This document shows, piece by piece, positions 28,341 through 38,648 of a DNA stretch of 64,000 bases. Origin of the DNA: a virus (lineage: Duplodnaviria; Caudoviricetes); IMG/VR virus record IMGVR_UViG_3300028888_000002. One strand, given 5' to 3'. Each line of letters starts with the position of its first letter. The first letter of the stretch is position 1. Position numbers and translations under genes: made by a program. The notes under the pieces are model-generated. The model did no database searches, was not told the origin of the DNA, and saw nothing but the letters and a program-made list of their open reading frames with translations.

Positions 28341-29171
28341 ATGGCATATTCTTACTACAACCGTGAACCCGAAGTGGAAGTTACGAAGCGTGAAATCTTT
28401 GTATCTATCCTGTTCGCACTGTTCGCCTTTATCGGTGGCGTTTGTATCGCAGGCTCCATACGGAGCTGCGAAGACGACGCAAACGTGAAGTATTACCAGG
28501 CTGTAAAGGTAGCGGACAGCACACAGTTCAACTATGCGTTCAAGACGAACGAAGGGCACACGCTTGCCTACGGGACTGTTACTGCCGTTGGTTACGTGAC
28601 GGACGACGGTATCGGAAACTATATGACGATTACCAGGGTCCTGGAAGAATACCGACAGCACACCAGGACGGTTTGCACGGGTGAGGGTAAGAACCGCAGT
28701 TGCCATACTGAAACGTATTGGACCTGGGACGATATTGGACGCAAACGATTTGCGGTCAACCAGGTCAATTTCCTGGGCAGGAATTTCTATTACGGGGCGT
28801 TCCCCGAACTGCCTGGGGAAAACTATATCACGACAATTAGCTTGCCGTCCCGTGGCTTCTTTTCAAACAAGCAGCGATACGTCTATTACGGACGCAGCCT
28901 GTCCTACACGGGCACGGTGTATGCCAACATTGACAACCATAGCTTGAACGACGCAAAGTTCTTGAACGGTGTCGGGCTTGACGAAGCCGTGGACGCATTG
29001 ATACACAAGTGGGGTGTTCCTATCTTTTGGGTGGGCTTTGCTGTCGTGTGTATCGGACTAATTATCGGGTTCGTTGCGTTGCCAAACGAATGGCTCTACG
29101 GCAAGTATTGGCGTGAGCGTAGTCGCAGGAAAAAGGAAGCCGACGACTTTTGGAACAACTTTGGGCGATAG
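28341..29171 (+). CDS. Two-TM membrane protein adjacent to LemA
   Basis: Hydrophobic helices near both ends; EEYRQHTRTV..TETYWTWD motif. Confidence 0.75.
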   Translation: MAYSYYNREPEVEVTKREIFVSILFALFAFIGGVCIAGSIRSCEDDANVKYYQAVKVADSTQFNYAFKTNEGHTLAYGTVTAVGYVTDDGIGNYMTITRVLEEYRQHTRTVCTGEGKNRSCHTETYWTWDDIGRKRFAVNQVNFLGRNFYYGAFPELPGENYITTISLPSRGFFSNKQRYVYYGRSLSYTGTVYANIDNHSLNDAKFLNGVGLDEAVDALIHKWGVPIFWVGFAVVCIGLIIGFVALPNEWLYGKYWRERSRRKKEADDFWNNFGR

Positions 29172-29179
29172 GGGTATCT

Positions 29180-30607
29180 ATGACACTTGAACAGCAATTT
29201 AAGTCCGTAACTGAAAAGAACCTGGGACGTATCGCAGAACTTAATGACAAGGTTTCTGCGAACTTGAAACAGGCGAATTACTATGCTAACGTATTGAGGC
29301 GTTCCCAACAGTCGTTGTCCACTGCGAAATCAAAGGTGTTTAAGGACAAGGTAAAACTTGCCGAAAAGTATATCAAGGACGTTATCGGTAAGACCAAAGT
29401 TCCGACGACCTGGAATGCGAAGCGTGTCAAGGAACTGCGACGTGTCCTGGCTTCGGGTTCGGAAAGGACCGTAGCGGACCGTTGCAAGAAATTGGCTGCG
29501 TTGCGTGAGTTGCAGTTGTATATTGATACGTTCCCGCTTGCGGACCGTGTGGCTGACCTTGTGCGTAAGTGGACGGGTTGCAGCGACGTGGAAGTTTGCA
29601 GCCCTGGCAATTACGACCAAACTTTGAAGATTAAGGGACACACAGTCCTGGAAGTGCATTCCCGTAGCCGTGAAATCTATCGTAACGGCACCCGTAAAAT
29701 ATCGGGGTCTAACATACTCTTATACCCGACGGTTACGTTCATTGATTACGAAGATTACGACGCAGAAATAACGGACCATTGGGAAATGTATTGCCGAAAA
29801 GCCCTGTTGGACCCGAAGTTCCTTGTTGGCTTTGAGGAATACGAAAAGTGGTGTGGCAACGGAATGCCCGTTGTTGAATATGCTGACTGTATTCGGGAGT
29901 ATGGCAAGTTTGACGGCAACGTTGAACGTTACAGCAGCAGACTGCAATATGACTTTTCGGACGAAGCGTTGGCTGCTGCTATAATCATTAACAGCGTGTG
30001 GATGCTCCCAATCGGTATGTGCCTGGACGCTGCGGGGCGTATGCCCCCGAAGTTCGGGTCTATCCTGGAGGAAGATTTGCATAGCAGGTTTAGCCACTTG
30101 TTTGACGAAGACAATACGACAGGCGGGGGCGTAGCAAAGCTAGACTTGATTAACCGTGAAGTCCTGTGCAAGTCCGACGCTGACGCACAAATGGCGTTTG
30201 ACCCCGACACTTGCGAAATGGTTCACCAGGCGTTGACCTGGCAGCATATTCCTGTGGGCGACGTTACTATCCGTGACATTCACGATTACGTTGCAGGACG
30301 TGTTCCGTGGGTAAAGCCTTATGGCTCCCAGGTCCTTACCGTGGACGCTACGACGGATATTGTCAAGACTGCGAAGGAACAGGGCAGCGACCTCTTTATT
30401 TACCCGCTCCGTGTAGGAACGGATATTACAGACGTGCAGCGTAAGGAAAAGGGCAAGTATGAAATCACGGTAGCCTACAAGATACCGCCTAACGAAGTTC
30501 TACACGAATGCTGCCGATACGGGTTTAACATTAACAAGAAGTTGTTTAAACTGTATGAACGGCAACACGAACGCTGTGGGATATTCCTGTCTTTTGAAAA
30601 GGATTAA
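29180..30607 (+). CDS. Hypothetical protein, coiled-coil N-terminus
   Basis: Long ORF; GGGG RBS before ATG 29180. Confidence 0.75.
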   Translation: MTLEQQFKSVTEKNLGRIAELNDKVSANLKQANYYANVLRRSQQSLSTAKSKVFKDKVKLAEKYIKDVIGKTKVPTTWNAKRVKELRRVLASGSERTVADRCKKLAALRELQLYIDTFPLADRVADLVRKWTGCSDVEVCSPGNYDQTLKIKGHTVLEVHSRSREIYRNGTRKISGSNILLYPTVTFIDYEDYDAEITDHWEMYCRKALLDPKFLVGFEEYEKWCGNGMPVVEYADCIREYGKFDGNVERYSSRLQYDFSDEALAAAIIINSVWMLPIGMCLDAAGRMPPKFGSILEEDLHSRFSHLFDEDNTTGGGVAKLDLINREVLCKSDADAQMAFDPDTCEMVHQALTWQHIPVGDVTIRDIHDYVAGRVPWVKPYGSQVLTVDATTDIVKTAKEQGSDLFIYPLRVGTDITDVQRKEKGKYEITVAYKIPPNEVLHECCRYGFNINKKLFKLYERQHERCGIFLSFEKD

Positions 30608-30654
30608 AGTGCTGCTAGTTCAAAACCGTATTCGGAACAACAGGAGGTTATTGT

Positions 30655-30936
30655 ATGAAAGTAAAGCACAAAAAGAAAACTTATAAGCGTCACGCTTGGG
30701 TAAGGACCACCGATGGGAAAATAGATTACTTCGCATTTGAGAACGGGTTTCACAACGGACCCCGTTGTAAGCGGTGTTCTTACTCATTTTGCGAGCATTG
30801 CAACAGTGACGGGTGGAACGATAGCCCCTGCGTCGTGGAAGAATGGCTGTGTCCGAAGTGCCGTCAAAAATTGTGGCGACACGAACACCCCAACTTCTGC
30901 CCTAATTGCGGGGAAGCGTTGGTATGGTCGGAATAA
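30655..30936 (+). CDS. Cys-rich Zn-finger protein
   Basis: Four CxxC pairs; AGGAGG RBS. Confidence 0.7.
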   Translation: MKVKHKKKTYKRHAWVRTTDGKIDYFAFENGFHNGPRCKRCSYSFCEHCNSDGWNDSPCVVEEWLCPKCRQKLWRHEHPNFCPNCGEALVWSE

Positions 30937-30984
30937 AGGGATTTGCGGGTATTTGAAAAAGATTAAAAATTTTACAAAGACCTA

Positions 30985-31013
30985 TTGACAGAAGTTAGGT
31001 AATTAGTTATATT
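30985..31013 (+). promoter_or_regulatory. Early promoter P4
   Basis: TTGACA-17-TATATT. Confidence 0.85.
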
Positions 31014-31057
31014 ATGGGCATAAGAAACAACCACACACTAACACCGAGGTTCTAATT

Positions 31058-31435
31058 ATGCCCGATACTTTTATAATTGCTGAATTGAACAAATACACGT
31101 TGGAGTTCGCAGCTATTCTGCAAAAAGCCCTGTATGCGGGCGGTTTCCGTTATGTAGTGGAAGTTGTCCCGCCAAAGGCTCCGACTATCCCGTGCGGTAG
31201 CATTTCGGCAGAATTGCATATCGTGGAAATCAATAGTGGCGAAAACCGTGCTACGCTTTGGACTAATTCCCGTAGCAGTGGCATCAGCGTGTCTGCCCGT
31301 TATCACGACGGTTCAAAGTTCGGAAAAGATTTTTTCTACGAACGTGAAGTTCGTTATTTTCAACCCTGCTACGAGGAAACCGCTGACAAGATTGCCACGA
31401 AGTTCAACGCTCTTGTAGCCCAGGATAACAAGTAA
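31058..31435 (+). CDS. Hypothetical protein
   Basis: CCGAGG RBS. Confidence 0.7.
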   Translation: MPDTFIIAELNKYTLEFAAILQKALYAGGFRYVVEVVPPKAPTIPCGSISAELHIVEINSGENRATLWTNSRSSGISVSARYHDGSKFGKDFFYEREVRYFQPCYEETADKIATKFNALVAQDNK

Positions 31436-31444
31436 GGACGGTAT

Positions 31445-32302
31445 ATGGTTGACGAAAGAATAATCACTTCAATCTGCAAGTTCGGGGGCTACGTGTTCAA
31501 GCCTGTAACCCCTAAAGCCCTTCGTGAAAACAATGTATTCCAGGTGGACGTGAAGTTCCCTGGGATTACTCCCGAAGATAATGACCCGCTGTATATCCTG
31601 GGGTTCTGTGCAAACAGGGTCTTCAAGAAATACGAAACGGACGCAACGCTTCCCTCACGCTTGCAGCCGATTGACGATTTCACCGTGGGCTTCCCGTATG
31701 ATTCAATTATGCCTATGTCGTTCGTGTCTATCTATGGGAACGGGGCATATACGGGAATGACCCGTCGCCCGATTACGGGTAATGTCTTCCCTGCACAGCA
31801 TTGGAACACTGACACGACACGGGTGCTTGAAGCATTGATAAAGGTCGCAGGTGTGCAGTATCGCTTTGAACCGTTTGTGGACCGCAAGACTGTCATTCGC
31901 TGCCTGGAACAGTTTTCGCTTATGCAGTGCTTCCCGAAGCCCGAACAGCCCGTGTATGAACCCATAGAGAAGCCCCAGGAAACGCCCGTGGAAGCCCCCG
32001 TTGAAGCTGACCAGGGAAACATACACCTTTCCCGTGAAGAGGTCCTGGAACTGCTCAAAAACGAAAGGGAGTGCGTAATCCGTGCCGACAAGTGCGACAG
32101 GGATTGTGCGAAGTGTCCGCTTGTCCGTGACACTAAACGGTTGATTGCTATGTATGACGCTGTAATCAAGTATTACAGTTATCACGTAACGCAGAACCAA
32201 AAGGGAAAGTATGTCCGTATGGCTGACGGGACACGCAAGTGGTTCACGAACGAAAAGGCTGCGGAACTTCTCAAATTGCCGTTGCAGCAGAGGGTCGTAT
32301 GA
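31445..32302 (+). CDS. Hypothetical protein with Cys-rich C-terminal domain
   Basis: ECV..CDRDCAKCPL. Confidence 0.7.
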   Translation: MVDERIITSICKFGGYVFKPVTPKALRENNVFQVDVKFPGITPEDNDPLYILGFCANRVFKKYETDATLPSRLQPIDDFTVGFPYDSIMPMSFVSIYGNGAYTGMTRRPITGNVFPAQHWNTDTTRVLEALIKVAGVQYRFEPFVDRKTVIRCLEQFSLMQCFPKPEQPVYEPIEKPQETPVEAPVEADQGNIHLSREEVLELLKNERECVIRADKCDRDCAKCPLVRDTKRLIAMYDAVIKYYSYHVTQNQKGKYVRMADGTRKWFTNEKAAELLKLPLQQRVV

Positions 32303-32862
32303 TACGGAAGGTAGTTTTGCCGAACGTAGCCTGTATCTTGCTGTCCGTTGGCTACGTGGTATTTATGCTTACGGTGTTGGTTCCTCAAATGGACGTAAAG
32401 CATAGCAACGGTGACGCTTTTGTTGTTTTACTCGGATTGCTCTTTAGTATCTATGGTGTGTGTATATCCGTAGAACGTATCGTGAACGCTTACAATGAGA
32501 AATGGGAGCGGGAACGGAACCACTACCTAGCTGTCAAGAATACGTTTGCTTTATTCAATGAGCATTATTGGAACCCCGATTGGAACCTGCGGGATTTGCA
32601 GTATAGCTTGAAAGAAGCGAAGCGTTTGGGCATTGACAAGGAACTGCCGACGGACCGTGACTGCCGTATCTATCTGTATGGGCACGACCCCGAAGAAAAC
32701 CGACCGCCTAGACCGAAGTTCAATTCAAAGCATACTATGATTGAAGTGGACGGAAAGTGGCACGACATACCCGACAAGTTCTACGGCAGGTTGATGGACG
32801 AAGCGACCGTGGACCAAATCGTAAGCGAAGTTCGTAGTAACGCAGGGGGCTGCTGTGGCTGA
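32299..32862 (+). CDS. Membrane protein
   Basis: ATGA overlap; two hydrophobic helices. Confidence 0.65.
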   Translation: MIRKVVLPNVACILLSVGYVVFMLTVLVPQMDVKHSNGDAFVVLLGLLFSIYGVCISVERIVNAYNEKWERERNHYLAVKNTFALFNEHYWNPDWNLRDLQYSLKEAKRLGIDKELPTDRDCRIYLYGHDPEENRPPRPKFNSKHTMIEVDGKWHDIPDKFYGRLMDEATVDQIVSEVRSNAGGCCG

Positions 32863-33121
32863 CAAGGGAATGACTTTCAGTGAAATGGAACAGCGTTTGT
32901 TCGGAGCCGTCGCAGCGGGTGTCCCTGCAAGGGATTTCATTGACGATACGCTTGACAGCGACATTCTGTTCGGTGAACGCTACGGGGGTTCTTCAAAAAA
33001 ACTTGAAGACTGTGCAAAAGAGTTGGGCAAGTTGATTGGACCTAGCCCCGACAAGCAGGACGCTGTGGCTTCTACCTGCTTTGTCCTGGATTCACTTTCA
33101 GCTTTGGAGAAACACAAATGA
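32855..33121 (+). CDS. Hypothetical protein
   Basis: Overlapping operon gene. Confidence 0.6.
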   Translation: MADKGMTFSEMEQRLFGAVAAGVPARDFIDDTLDSDILFGERYGGSSKKLEDCAKELGKLIGPSPDKQDAVASTCFVLDSLSALEKHK

Positions 33122-33366
33122 AACCCGAAATCATTAAACGTCAATTTGAAGATATTCTCATTGTTGAACTAGACGTTAGTCGCAGGGACATTGAAGAACA
33201 GGTTTCCCTGGCTTATTTGGGTGCCACCTCCCTGGATATTCTTGCTGTAATAACCAGGGTTGAAGACAAGTTCGGCATTGAAATCAGCGATTGCGAAAAG
33301 GCTTCGCTGCGGACCGTCAAGGACTACCTGGACTTCATTAACAAGAAAACCGCTGACAGGGTATAG
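33118..33366 (+). CDS. acpP: Acyl carrier protein
   Basis: 82 aa; LGATSLD (phosphopantetheine Ser kept, DSL changed to TSL), VEDKFGIEISD, LRTVKD.LDFI. Confidence 0.85.
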   Translation: MKPEIIKRQFEDILIVELDVSRRDIEEQVSLAYLGATSLDILAVITRVEDKFGIEISDCEKASLRTVKDYLDFINKKTADRV

Positions 33367-33371
33367 CGACT

Positions 33372-33596
33372 ATGGCACGTAAGTTTACAGAGGGGTATCA
33401 CCTGGACCCTAAAAAGCGTTACAAGGATTCCTACGACGGTCGTGTGCAGACAGGTTCCGAATGGCTCAAAGAGTTCGCAGAAATCGTGGAATACGACCGC
33501 ACCGATTGGGGTATCTTCACGACTACTGTTGAAGAATACGAAGAACTCTATACTATGAACAATGGCGAATACGACCACGCATTGACAGAGGTGTAA
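33372..33596 (+). CDS. Hypothetical protein
   Basis: Operon gene. Confidence 0.65.
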   Translation: MARKFTEGYHLDPKKRYKDSYDGRVQTGSEWLKEFAEIVEYDRTDWGIFTTTVEEYEELYTMNNGEYDHALTEV

Positions 33597-33597
33597 C

Positions 33598-34296
33598 GTG
33601 ACTCAACGGCAAAAAGAAATAAATGTGTTAAAGTCTATCGGTTTTTCCGAACAGACTGCTGCTGCCCTGCTGTTTATTGCAGAACGTTTCGGGGGCGGGG
33701 AACCTGCCGAACCGCAGAAACTTGTAGGCTATGTCACTACGATTTGCGATGGCAGAATGCCGTTGAACGAACGGACCGTGTTAGCACATATCGGACTTTA
33801 TGTCTTGCAGCCCGTGGCTATCCGTGAGCTGTTGGATATGTGCCCGACGTTCGCCCGTGAGTTCAAGCCGTCCCAGGAAAAGTTCAATCTGCCCGAAAGG
33901 GATTACGCCTATATCCTGGCTACGGGATATGACACCTGGATTAGCGAAGAAAAGGGTGCCGTGGTTTATTGCCCGTCGGACTATGATGGTTACAGGGGCG
34001 GTAGAGGTTGGCAGTTCCACGGGACCAGGGGAGTTATGTTTATCTTTATGGACCCCTATTACGGATTGGGTCCGAAAGACGACACGGGTAGGCAGGGGCT
34101 TTGCTTCTCTTGTTCCTACGACGCTATGCGTGAAGTAAACTCTTACGTGGGTATAAGCCACAGGTTCCAACCTGGGACGAACCTGGGAGAGTTCGCCAAT
34201 ATGCTTATGACCGAATTTGCCCCATACAACATAAACCACGCCAAACGTGGAAACTCTTATTTCCTTGAAAACGGGAGGACCCTTTATGGACGATAA
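33598..34296 (+). CDS. Hypothetical protein
   Basis: GAGG RBS, GTG start. Confidence 0.7.
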   Translation: MTQRQKEINVLKSIGFSEQTAAALLFIAERFGGGEPAEPQKLVGYVTTICDGRMPLNERTVLAHIGLYVLQPVAIRELLDMCPTFAREFKPSQEKFNLPERDYAYILATGYDTWISEEKGAVVYCPSDYDGYRGGRGWQFHGTRGVMFIFMDPYYGLGPKDDTGRQGLCFSCSYDAMREVNSYVGISHRFQPGTNLGEFANMLMTEFAPYNINHAKRGNSYFLENGRTLYGR

Positions 34297-34834
34297 CGGA
34301 TTCAATCTTACCGACACCCTGCAATACACCCCTAACAGGGCGTGTCACGAAATCAAATTCCACAACAGGCTAGGGTGTCCAATCAATATCCGCTTTACGA
34401 AATATGACGTGACGGTTGTTGGCGATTACGGCTGTTGGGTGTTCAAGGGCACTATCGTGAACTGCTACAAGTTTTTCCGTGGCGACCATACGAATCCTGG
34501 CTATTGGGAAGAAAAGTTGGAGGCAGCTCCCCGACACCATTATGACCGCACCGTTGACGCAGACGAACTGCGTAAGACGCTGCTTGAAGAATACCCCGAA
34601 GTAATCAAGGAAGAAGACCTTGAATACCTTGAAAGCGACCGTGACACGCTTGAATCCTGGTATGATACCGTAATGGATTTGAACAGCGAAAAGGGTTGGG
34701 ACCTGGAAACCGAAGACCTTTACGGGGCAATTCAATCCTGTATCGTGGAAGACCAACTCTATCTGCGTGTGTGCGAACTTGTGCAGTTCGCAGCGAACTA
34801 TCTAGGAACCCAGGGGGTGAACGATGATTGTTAG
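34286..34834 (+). CDS. Conserved phage hypothetical protein
   Basis: GGAGG RBS; VTVVGDYGCWVF..NPGYWEEKL motif. Confidence 0.7.
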   Translation: MDDNGFNLTDTLQYTPNRACHEIKFHNRLGCPINIRFTKYDVTVVGDYGCWVFKGTIVNCYKFFRGDHTNPGYWEEKLEAAPRHHYDRTVDADELRKTLLEEYPEVIKEEDLEYLESDRDTLESWYDTVMDLNSEKGWDLETEDLYGAIQSCIVEDQLYLRVCELVQFAANYLGTQGVNDDC

Positions 34835-35123
34835 GGTGGTGACGTTCCTTGACGAAATGGGCTACCGCCTGGACGTGGCGGGCGTTCTTACCGAAGTCAA
34901 GCAGGAATACAATTCAAACAAGCACGGGCTTAAACCCGCAGGCAATCCGTTCAAGGACACGGTTACTGTCGGCAATACGGTTGTTAGGTTGGACGATATT
35001 GAAACCCTGCAAATCGCAGGCGACGAAAACGATTACACCTTTAGCGAAGACAACATAAACCGTGTGTCACGCATACAGGACATTTTACTTTCTAAACTAA
35101 TGGGGAAATCTTATGGTTGGTGA
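34824..35123 (+). CDS. Hypothetical protein
   Basis: Operon gene. Confidence 0.65.
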   Translation: MIVRVVTFLDEMGYRLDVAGVLTEVKQEYNSNKHGLKPAGNPFKDTVTVGNTVVRLDDIETLQIAGDENDYTFSEDNINRVSRIQDILLSKLMGKSYGW

Positions 35124-35574
35124 CGAACTGAAAGAACCGCAAAATTCCTATGGAATGAACGTATATGACCTTATGAACTATCACGGGCTATCCACGTCCG
35201 CTAAATTGGTTGAACAGGTCGTGGAAGCGTTGCAGCGTGAAATCCGCAAGTTGAAAAAGGACAAAGCGGACCTGTGCAAGATGTGGGGGATTGTCCCTGG
35301 CACGAAACGCAGGAAGGCTATGCAGGTCCGTATTGTCAAGGAAGAACACCTGCTGCTTGACGGAAAGTTGAGTGTCCACTACGTCCCCGAATACAAGGGG
35401 TGGTTCTTTTGGAACAGGTTCGTGGAATACGATTGCGATTCCTGTTGCACCCAAGCGTCGTTTAAAACCCACGAAGAAGCCCAGGCGTTTCTTGACAATG
35501 CCGTGCGTATGCGTGGCAGGGATTTGACGACGGTAGTTGCCGTGGACGAAGCCGAACGAACGGGCAAGTCCTAG
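35113..35574 (+). CDS. Hypothetical protein; N-terminal domain shared with 49669..50250
   Basis: DEL..P.NS.GMNV.D.M..HG. Confidence 0.7.
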   Translation: MVGDELKEPQNSYGMNVYDLMNYHGLSTSAKLVEQVVEALQREIRKLKKDKADLCKMWGIVPGTKRRKAMQVRIVKEEHLLLDGKLSVHYVPEYKGWFFWNRFVEYDCDSCCTQASFKTHEEAQAFLDNAVRMRGRDLTTVVAVDEAERTGKS

Positions 35575-35614
35575 CGGGACCTTGAAAAAAATTCAAAAAT
35601 TTTCAAATTACCTG

Positions 35615-35643
35615 TTGACAACACGCAGGTAATTTGTTATATT
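35615..35643 (+). promoter_or_regulatory. Early promoter P5
   Basis: TTGACA-17-TATATT; 10-bp perfect inverted repeat around the -35. Confidence 0.88.
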
Positions 35644-35684
35644 CTATACAGAAACCACGACAACCATTTACCGAGGATAGCACC

Positions 35685-36797
35685 TTGTCAAAGCATAAGA
35701 ACAAGCCGAAGAAAATCAATAAGCCCGTTGAAGAGGCGGTGAACCCTATCGTGTTCAACTGCAACGCCCTTTCCGACAAGTTCCTGGAAGACTGCTATTC
35801 GTCGGCAGTGGCTAATATCGGTGACAGCACCGACGGTATGCGTGGATGGTGGGAAGACAATATGGTGCGTCCTATCCGTGACACGAAATCTGCCACACGC
35901 CTGCGTCGCCTTAAAGTCTTGCCGTTCACCGTCCACGCCTACGAAGAACGCCTGGGTGTCAAGGTGGATATGAACCCGCCTGTAAAGGGCTATCAGCGTT
36001 ACGTGAGTAACGGGGGCATTAACGAATTTCTGTGCAACGCCTACATTAAGACTAGCCCGACCTGCAAGGTCCGCAAGGTGTCCGAACGTGCTATGAAGTT
36101 CCTGCTTTCCCTGGGTGCCCCTGCCGACGAACTGCGTAAGGAATACCGTGAATATCTTTACAACACGGCAGCACAGCAGCCTACTGAATTTGTTTCGGAC
36201 TGCATAAACGGGAAGTTCTATGAGGAACTTTTGGAACTCCCGATTAACGGTCACACCGACTATATCTACCTGGTAGCTTCTACGGAAATGTGCCATATCC
36301 TGCACCGTCGTGACCCGAAGGTGGGCGAGAATGAATACTTCAACATTCCGCTGCACCCGTCCGTCCGTGACAGTGCCTTGCGTGGTGCCACGTTTGAATA
36401 TGACGAACAGTATGATAATTGGTCCACGGGTAACGTGTTTGACGTGGAAGCCCTGCTTACGAACCTGTGGATTGCTGAATCGCTCCGCACCTGCGAAATC
36501 TGTTCGGAACCCGACTACTCCCGCCACGCTTCGGACCGCCCTGTTATCCTGGCGGGCAAGAAGCCGTTGAAGCATTCCCAGGCTTACCGCTATATCCACA
36601 TTACAGACGAAACCTGGAAGAAGTATGAAAGTGCTTCGCAGTGCGTCCGTGAACAAAAGAACTTCAACGTGGCTAGTTGGTATGTTCGGGCACATTACGC
36701 CCGTATGCACGGCAAGACCGTTCTTGTCAAGGCACACTACGCATACCGTCGCAAGGGCGTAGTCACAGAAAATAACGCAGTGGACTATATCGTTTAG
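35685..36797 (+). CDS. Hypothetical protein with C-terminal W.VR.H..R motif
   Basis: TTG start after CCGAGGA; WYVRAHYAR..VLVKAHY. Confidence 0.75.
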   Translation: MSKHKNKPKKINKPVEEAVNPIVFNCNALSDKFLEDCYSSAVANIGDSTDGMRGWWEDNMVRPIRDTKSATRLRRLKVLPFTVHAYEERLGVKVDMNPPVKGYQRYVSNGGINEFLCNAYIKTSPTCKVRKVSERAMKFLLSLGAPADELRKEYREYLYNTAAQQPTEFVSDCINGKFYEELLELPINGHTDYIYLVASTEMCHILHRRDPKVGENEYFNIPLHPSVRDSALRGATFEYDEQYDNWSTGNVFDVEALLTNLWIAESLRTCEICSEPDYSRHASDRPVILAGKKPLKHSQAYRYIHITDETWKKYESASQCVREQKNFNVASWYVRAHYARMHGKTVLVKAHYAYRRKGVVTENNAVDYIV

Positions 36798-36817
36798 GTT
36801 TTTAATCCGAGGTATCT

Positions 36818-37117
36818 ATGAAAGACAACCGCTTTATGGTAGCACACAGTATGCTGACCAATACTATTTACGCAGGGACCACGAACAAGGACGGGACCCT
36901 GTGGGTGTCAAAGTCCGAAGTTACACAGCAGGCGATTGAAGCCGTGCGTGACTATTGTGTGCAGGACCTAACCGATACTTATTACAGGGAAACAAAAGGT
37001 AATCCCGATTACCCGAAGCCTACAACGAAGTCCTACGAATGGAAGCGTAAGGACGGGGCTATCGTGACTTTGAGCGTATCGGTAAAGTTCCCTAACAAAG
37101 AAAACAAAGCCGAATAA
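36818..37117 (+). CDS. Conserved phage hypothetical protein
   Basis: CCGAGG RBS; S.LTNTIYAG motif. Confidence 0.7.
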   Translation: MKDNRFMVAHSMLTNTIYAGTTNKDGTLWVSKSEVTQQAIEAVRDYCVQDLTDTYYRETKGNPDYPKPTTKSYEWKRKDGAIVTLSVSVKFPNKENKAE

Positions 37118-37131
37118 CCTGGAGGACCCCT

Positions 37132-37581
37132 ATGGACATTCAGCAACTTCAAGAAATCCAAAAGTCATACCGCAGCAAGAAAGTATTGGGTGAACAGGCA
37201 CAGAAGACCCTTGATGCTTGCAAGCGTGGAATGACCGACGATGCCTACGCATTCAGCGAGGGCTTGACGAAATACCTTAACGAAAACTTCAAGCGTAAGT
37301 GGATTAGGTGGAAAAACCCGCTTAACCCCGAAACGGAATTTTTCAAGTTCGCTATCTGCTTTGAGCAAAGAGGGCGTAACGTGTCCGTTCTGTGTTCGCA
37401 GGAATTGGACGTGTCCTACAAGGGCGACGTTCCCAGGGTAAAGCATTTCCGTTATTCGGAATGCTTCCCGATGACTATGGACTGCAAGGACTGTTCCCTT
37501 ACGGATTTCAGCACGGAACCCGTGGACGAAAAAAAGATTAACGCATTCATTAAACTTGCAAAGCAAGTTTCGGAGGAATAA
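37132..37581 (+). CDS. Hypothetical protein
   Basis: GGAGG RBS. Confidence 0.7.
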   Translation: MDIQQLQEIQKSYRSKKVLGEQAQKTLDACKRGMTDDAYAFSEGLTKYLNENFKRKWIRWKNPLNPETEFFKFAICFEQRGRNVSVLCSQELDVSYKGDVPRVKHFRYSECFPMTMDCKDCSLTDFSTEPVDEKKINAFIKLAKQVSEE

Positions 37582-37583
37582 CT

Positions 37584-38015
37584 ATGAGCAAGTTCAACGA
37601 TATTGCAAACAAGCTCCCGAAGACCTACACGTTCGGTCGTGACAAGTGGTTTACTGTGACGGACGTTTTGAACCTTGTCACTGAATTGCAGAACGCCCAC
37701 GAAGAAGAAATCCAGGAAATCCAGGCAGCACACAAGCACACGCTTGACCGCATTAACTATGAACGCCTGGAGCAGTCAAAGACCCTGGTTACGATTGCGG
37801 AACGCTCCCGCTCCGTCCTGGATAGCTTGGTGAACTTCGTTGACCCCCGTCGGGAAATCCAGGAACTCTTGAAGAAGCATAGCGTCACGGAAGCCGAAAG
37901 CGTGAAGCGTCTTGCTGCGAGCGGTGCCCTTGACGGGGTGTTCACCCGTGACGAACTTCAACGTATCTATGCAGAATGCGACGGTATCGCCCAGGAAAAC
38001 AGGGGGATTGTATGA
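37584..38015 (+). CDS. Hypothetical coiled-coil protein
   Basis: GGAGG RBS. Confidence 0.7.
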   Translation: MSKFNDIANKLPKTYTFGRDKWFTVTDVLNLVTELQNAHEEEIQEIQAAHKHTLDRINYERLEQSKTLVTIAERSRSVLDSLVNFVDPRREIQELLKKHSVTEAESVKRLAASGALDGVFTRDELQRIYAECDGIAQENRGIV

Positions 38016-38278
38016 GCGGGCAGCGGACCAAAGTTGACGACGTTCTTGACGTAGTTGCCCGTTACAATGAAATGTGCGTCACGTTGCAGAAAGTGATTTA
38101 CGACCGTGACGCTATGTCCGTTGACTGCCCCGCAATTTCCCAGGTAATCCCGAACGTGAACCCCTACGACCCGTCACAGAACACGTTGACCCTGGGTTAC
38201 TTCCCGCACCGTGGTTCACGCACGGAACGCTTTGTCACTATCCACCGTGACGAACTAGAAAAACTTTTCAACCACTAA
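38012..38278 (+). CDS. Hypothetical protein
   Basis: ATGA overlap. Confidence 0.65.
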   Translation: MSGQRTKVDDVLDVVARYNEMCVTLQKVIYDRDAMSVDCPAISQVIPNVNPYDPSQNTLTLGYFPHRGSRTERFVTIHRDELEKLFNH

Positions 38279-38295
38279 CCAAAGAGGAATGCACA

Positions 38296-38631
38296 ATGAA
38301 ACCCGAAATCATTATTGTAGATGGCACCGATTTTACGTCGGGAACCAACCGCTTCTATGGAATCCAGGCTACCGTGAGGAAGTTCCTGTTCTTTAAGAAG
38401 AAAGTTATCGCCTTGAACCCGTTCTGCTACAACACCCCGAAGAAAGCACTTGCAGCAGTTATGGGGCGTTTGACCCACGAAGAACGCAATAAGGCTACAT
38501 ACCAGGCGTTCATACAGACCGTTGAAGTTTACGGGTGGTGCAACGGGAAGCCCCTCGCAAAGTATGGCGAGCCGTCCTGGTGGAAAAAGTGGGACTTCGC
38601 CACGCTTGCAGAAAAAGCAAAGAATTGGTAA
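38296..38631 (+). CDS. Hypothetical protein
   Basis: GAGGA RBS. Confidence 0.7.
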   Translation: MKPEIIIVDGTDFTSGTNRFYGIQATVRKFLFFKKKVIALNPFCYNTPKKALAAVMGRLTHEERNKATYQAFIQTVEVYGWCNGKPLAKYGEPSWWKKWDFATLAEKAKNW

Positions 38632-38648
38632 AATTTTTAAGTTACCTA

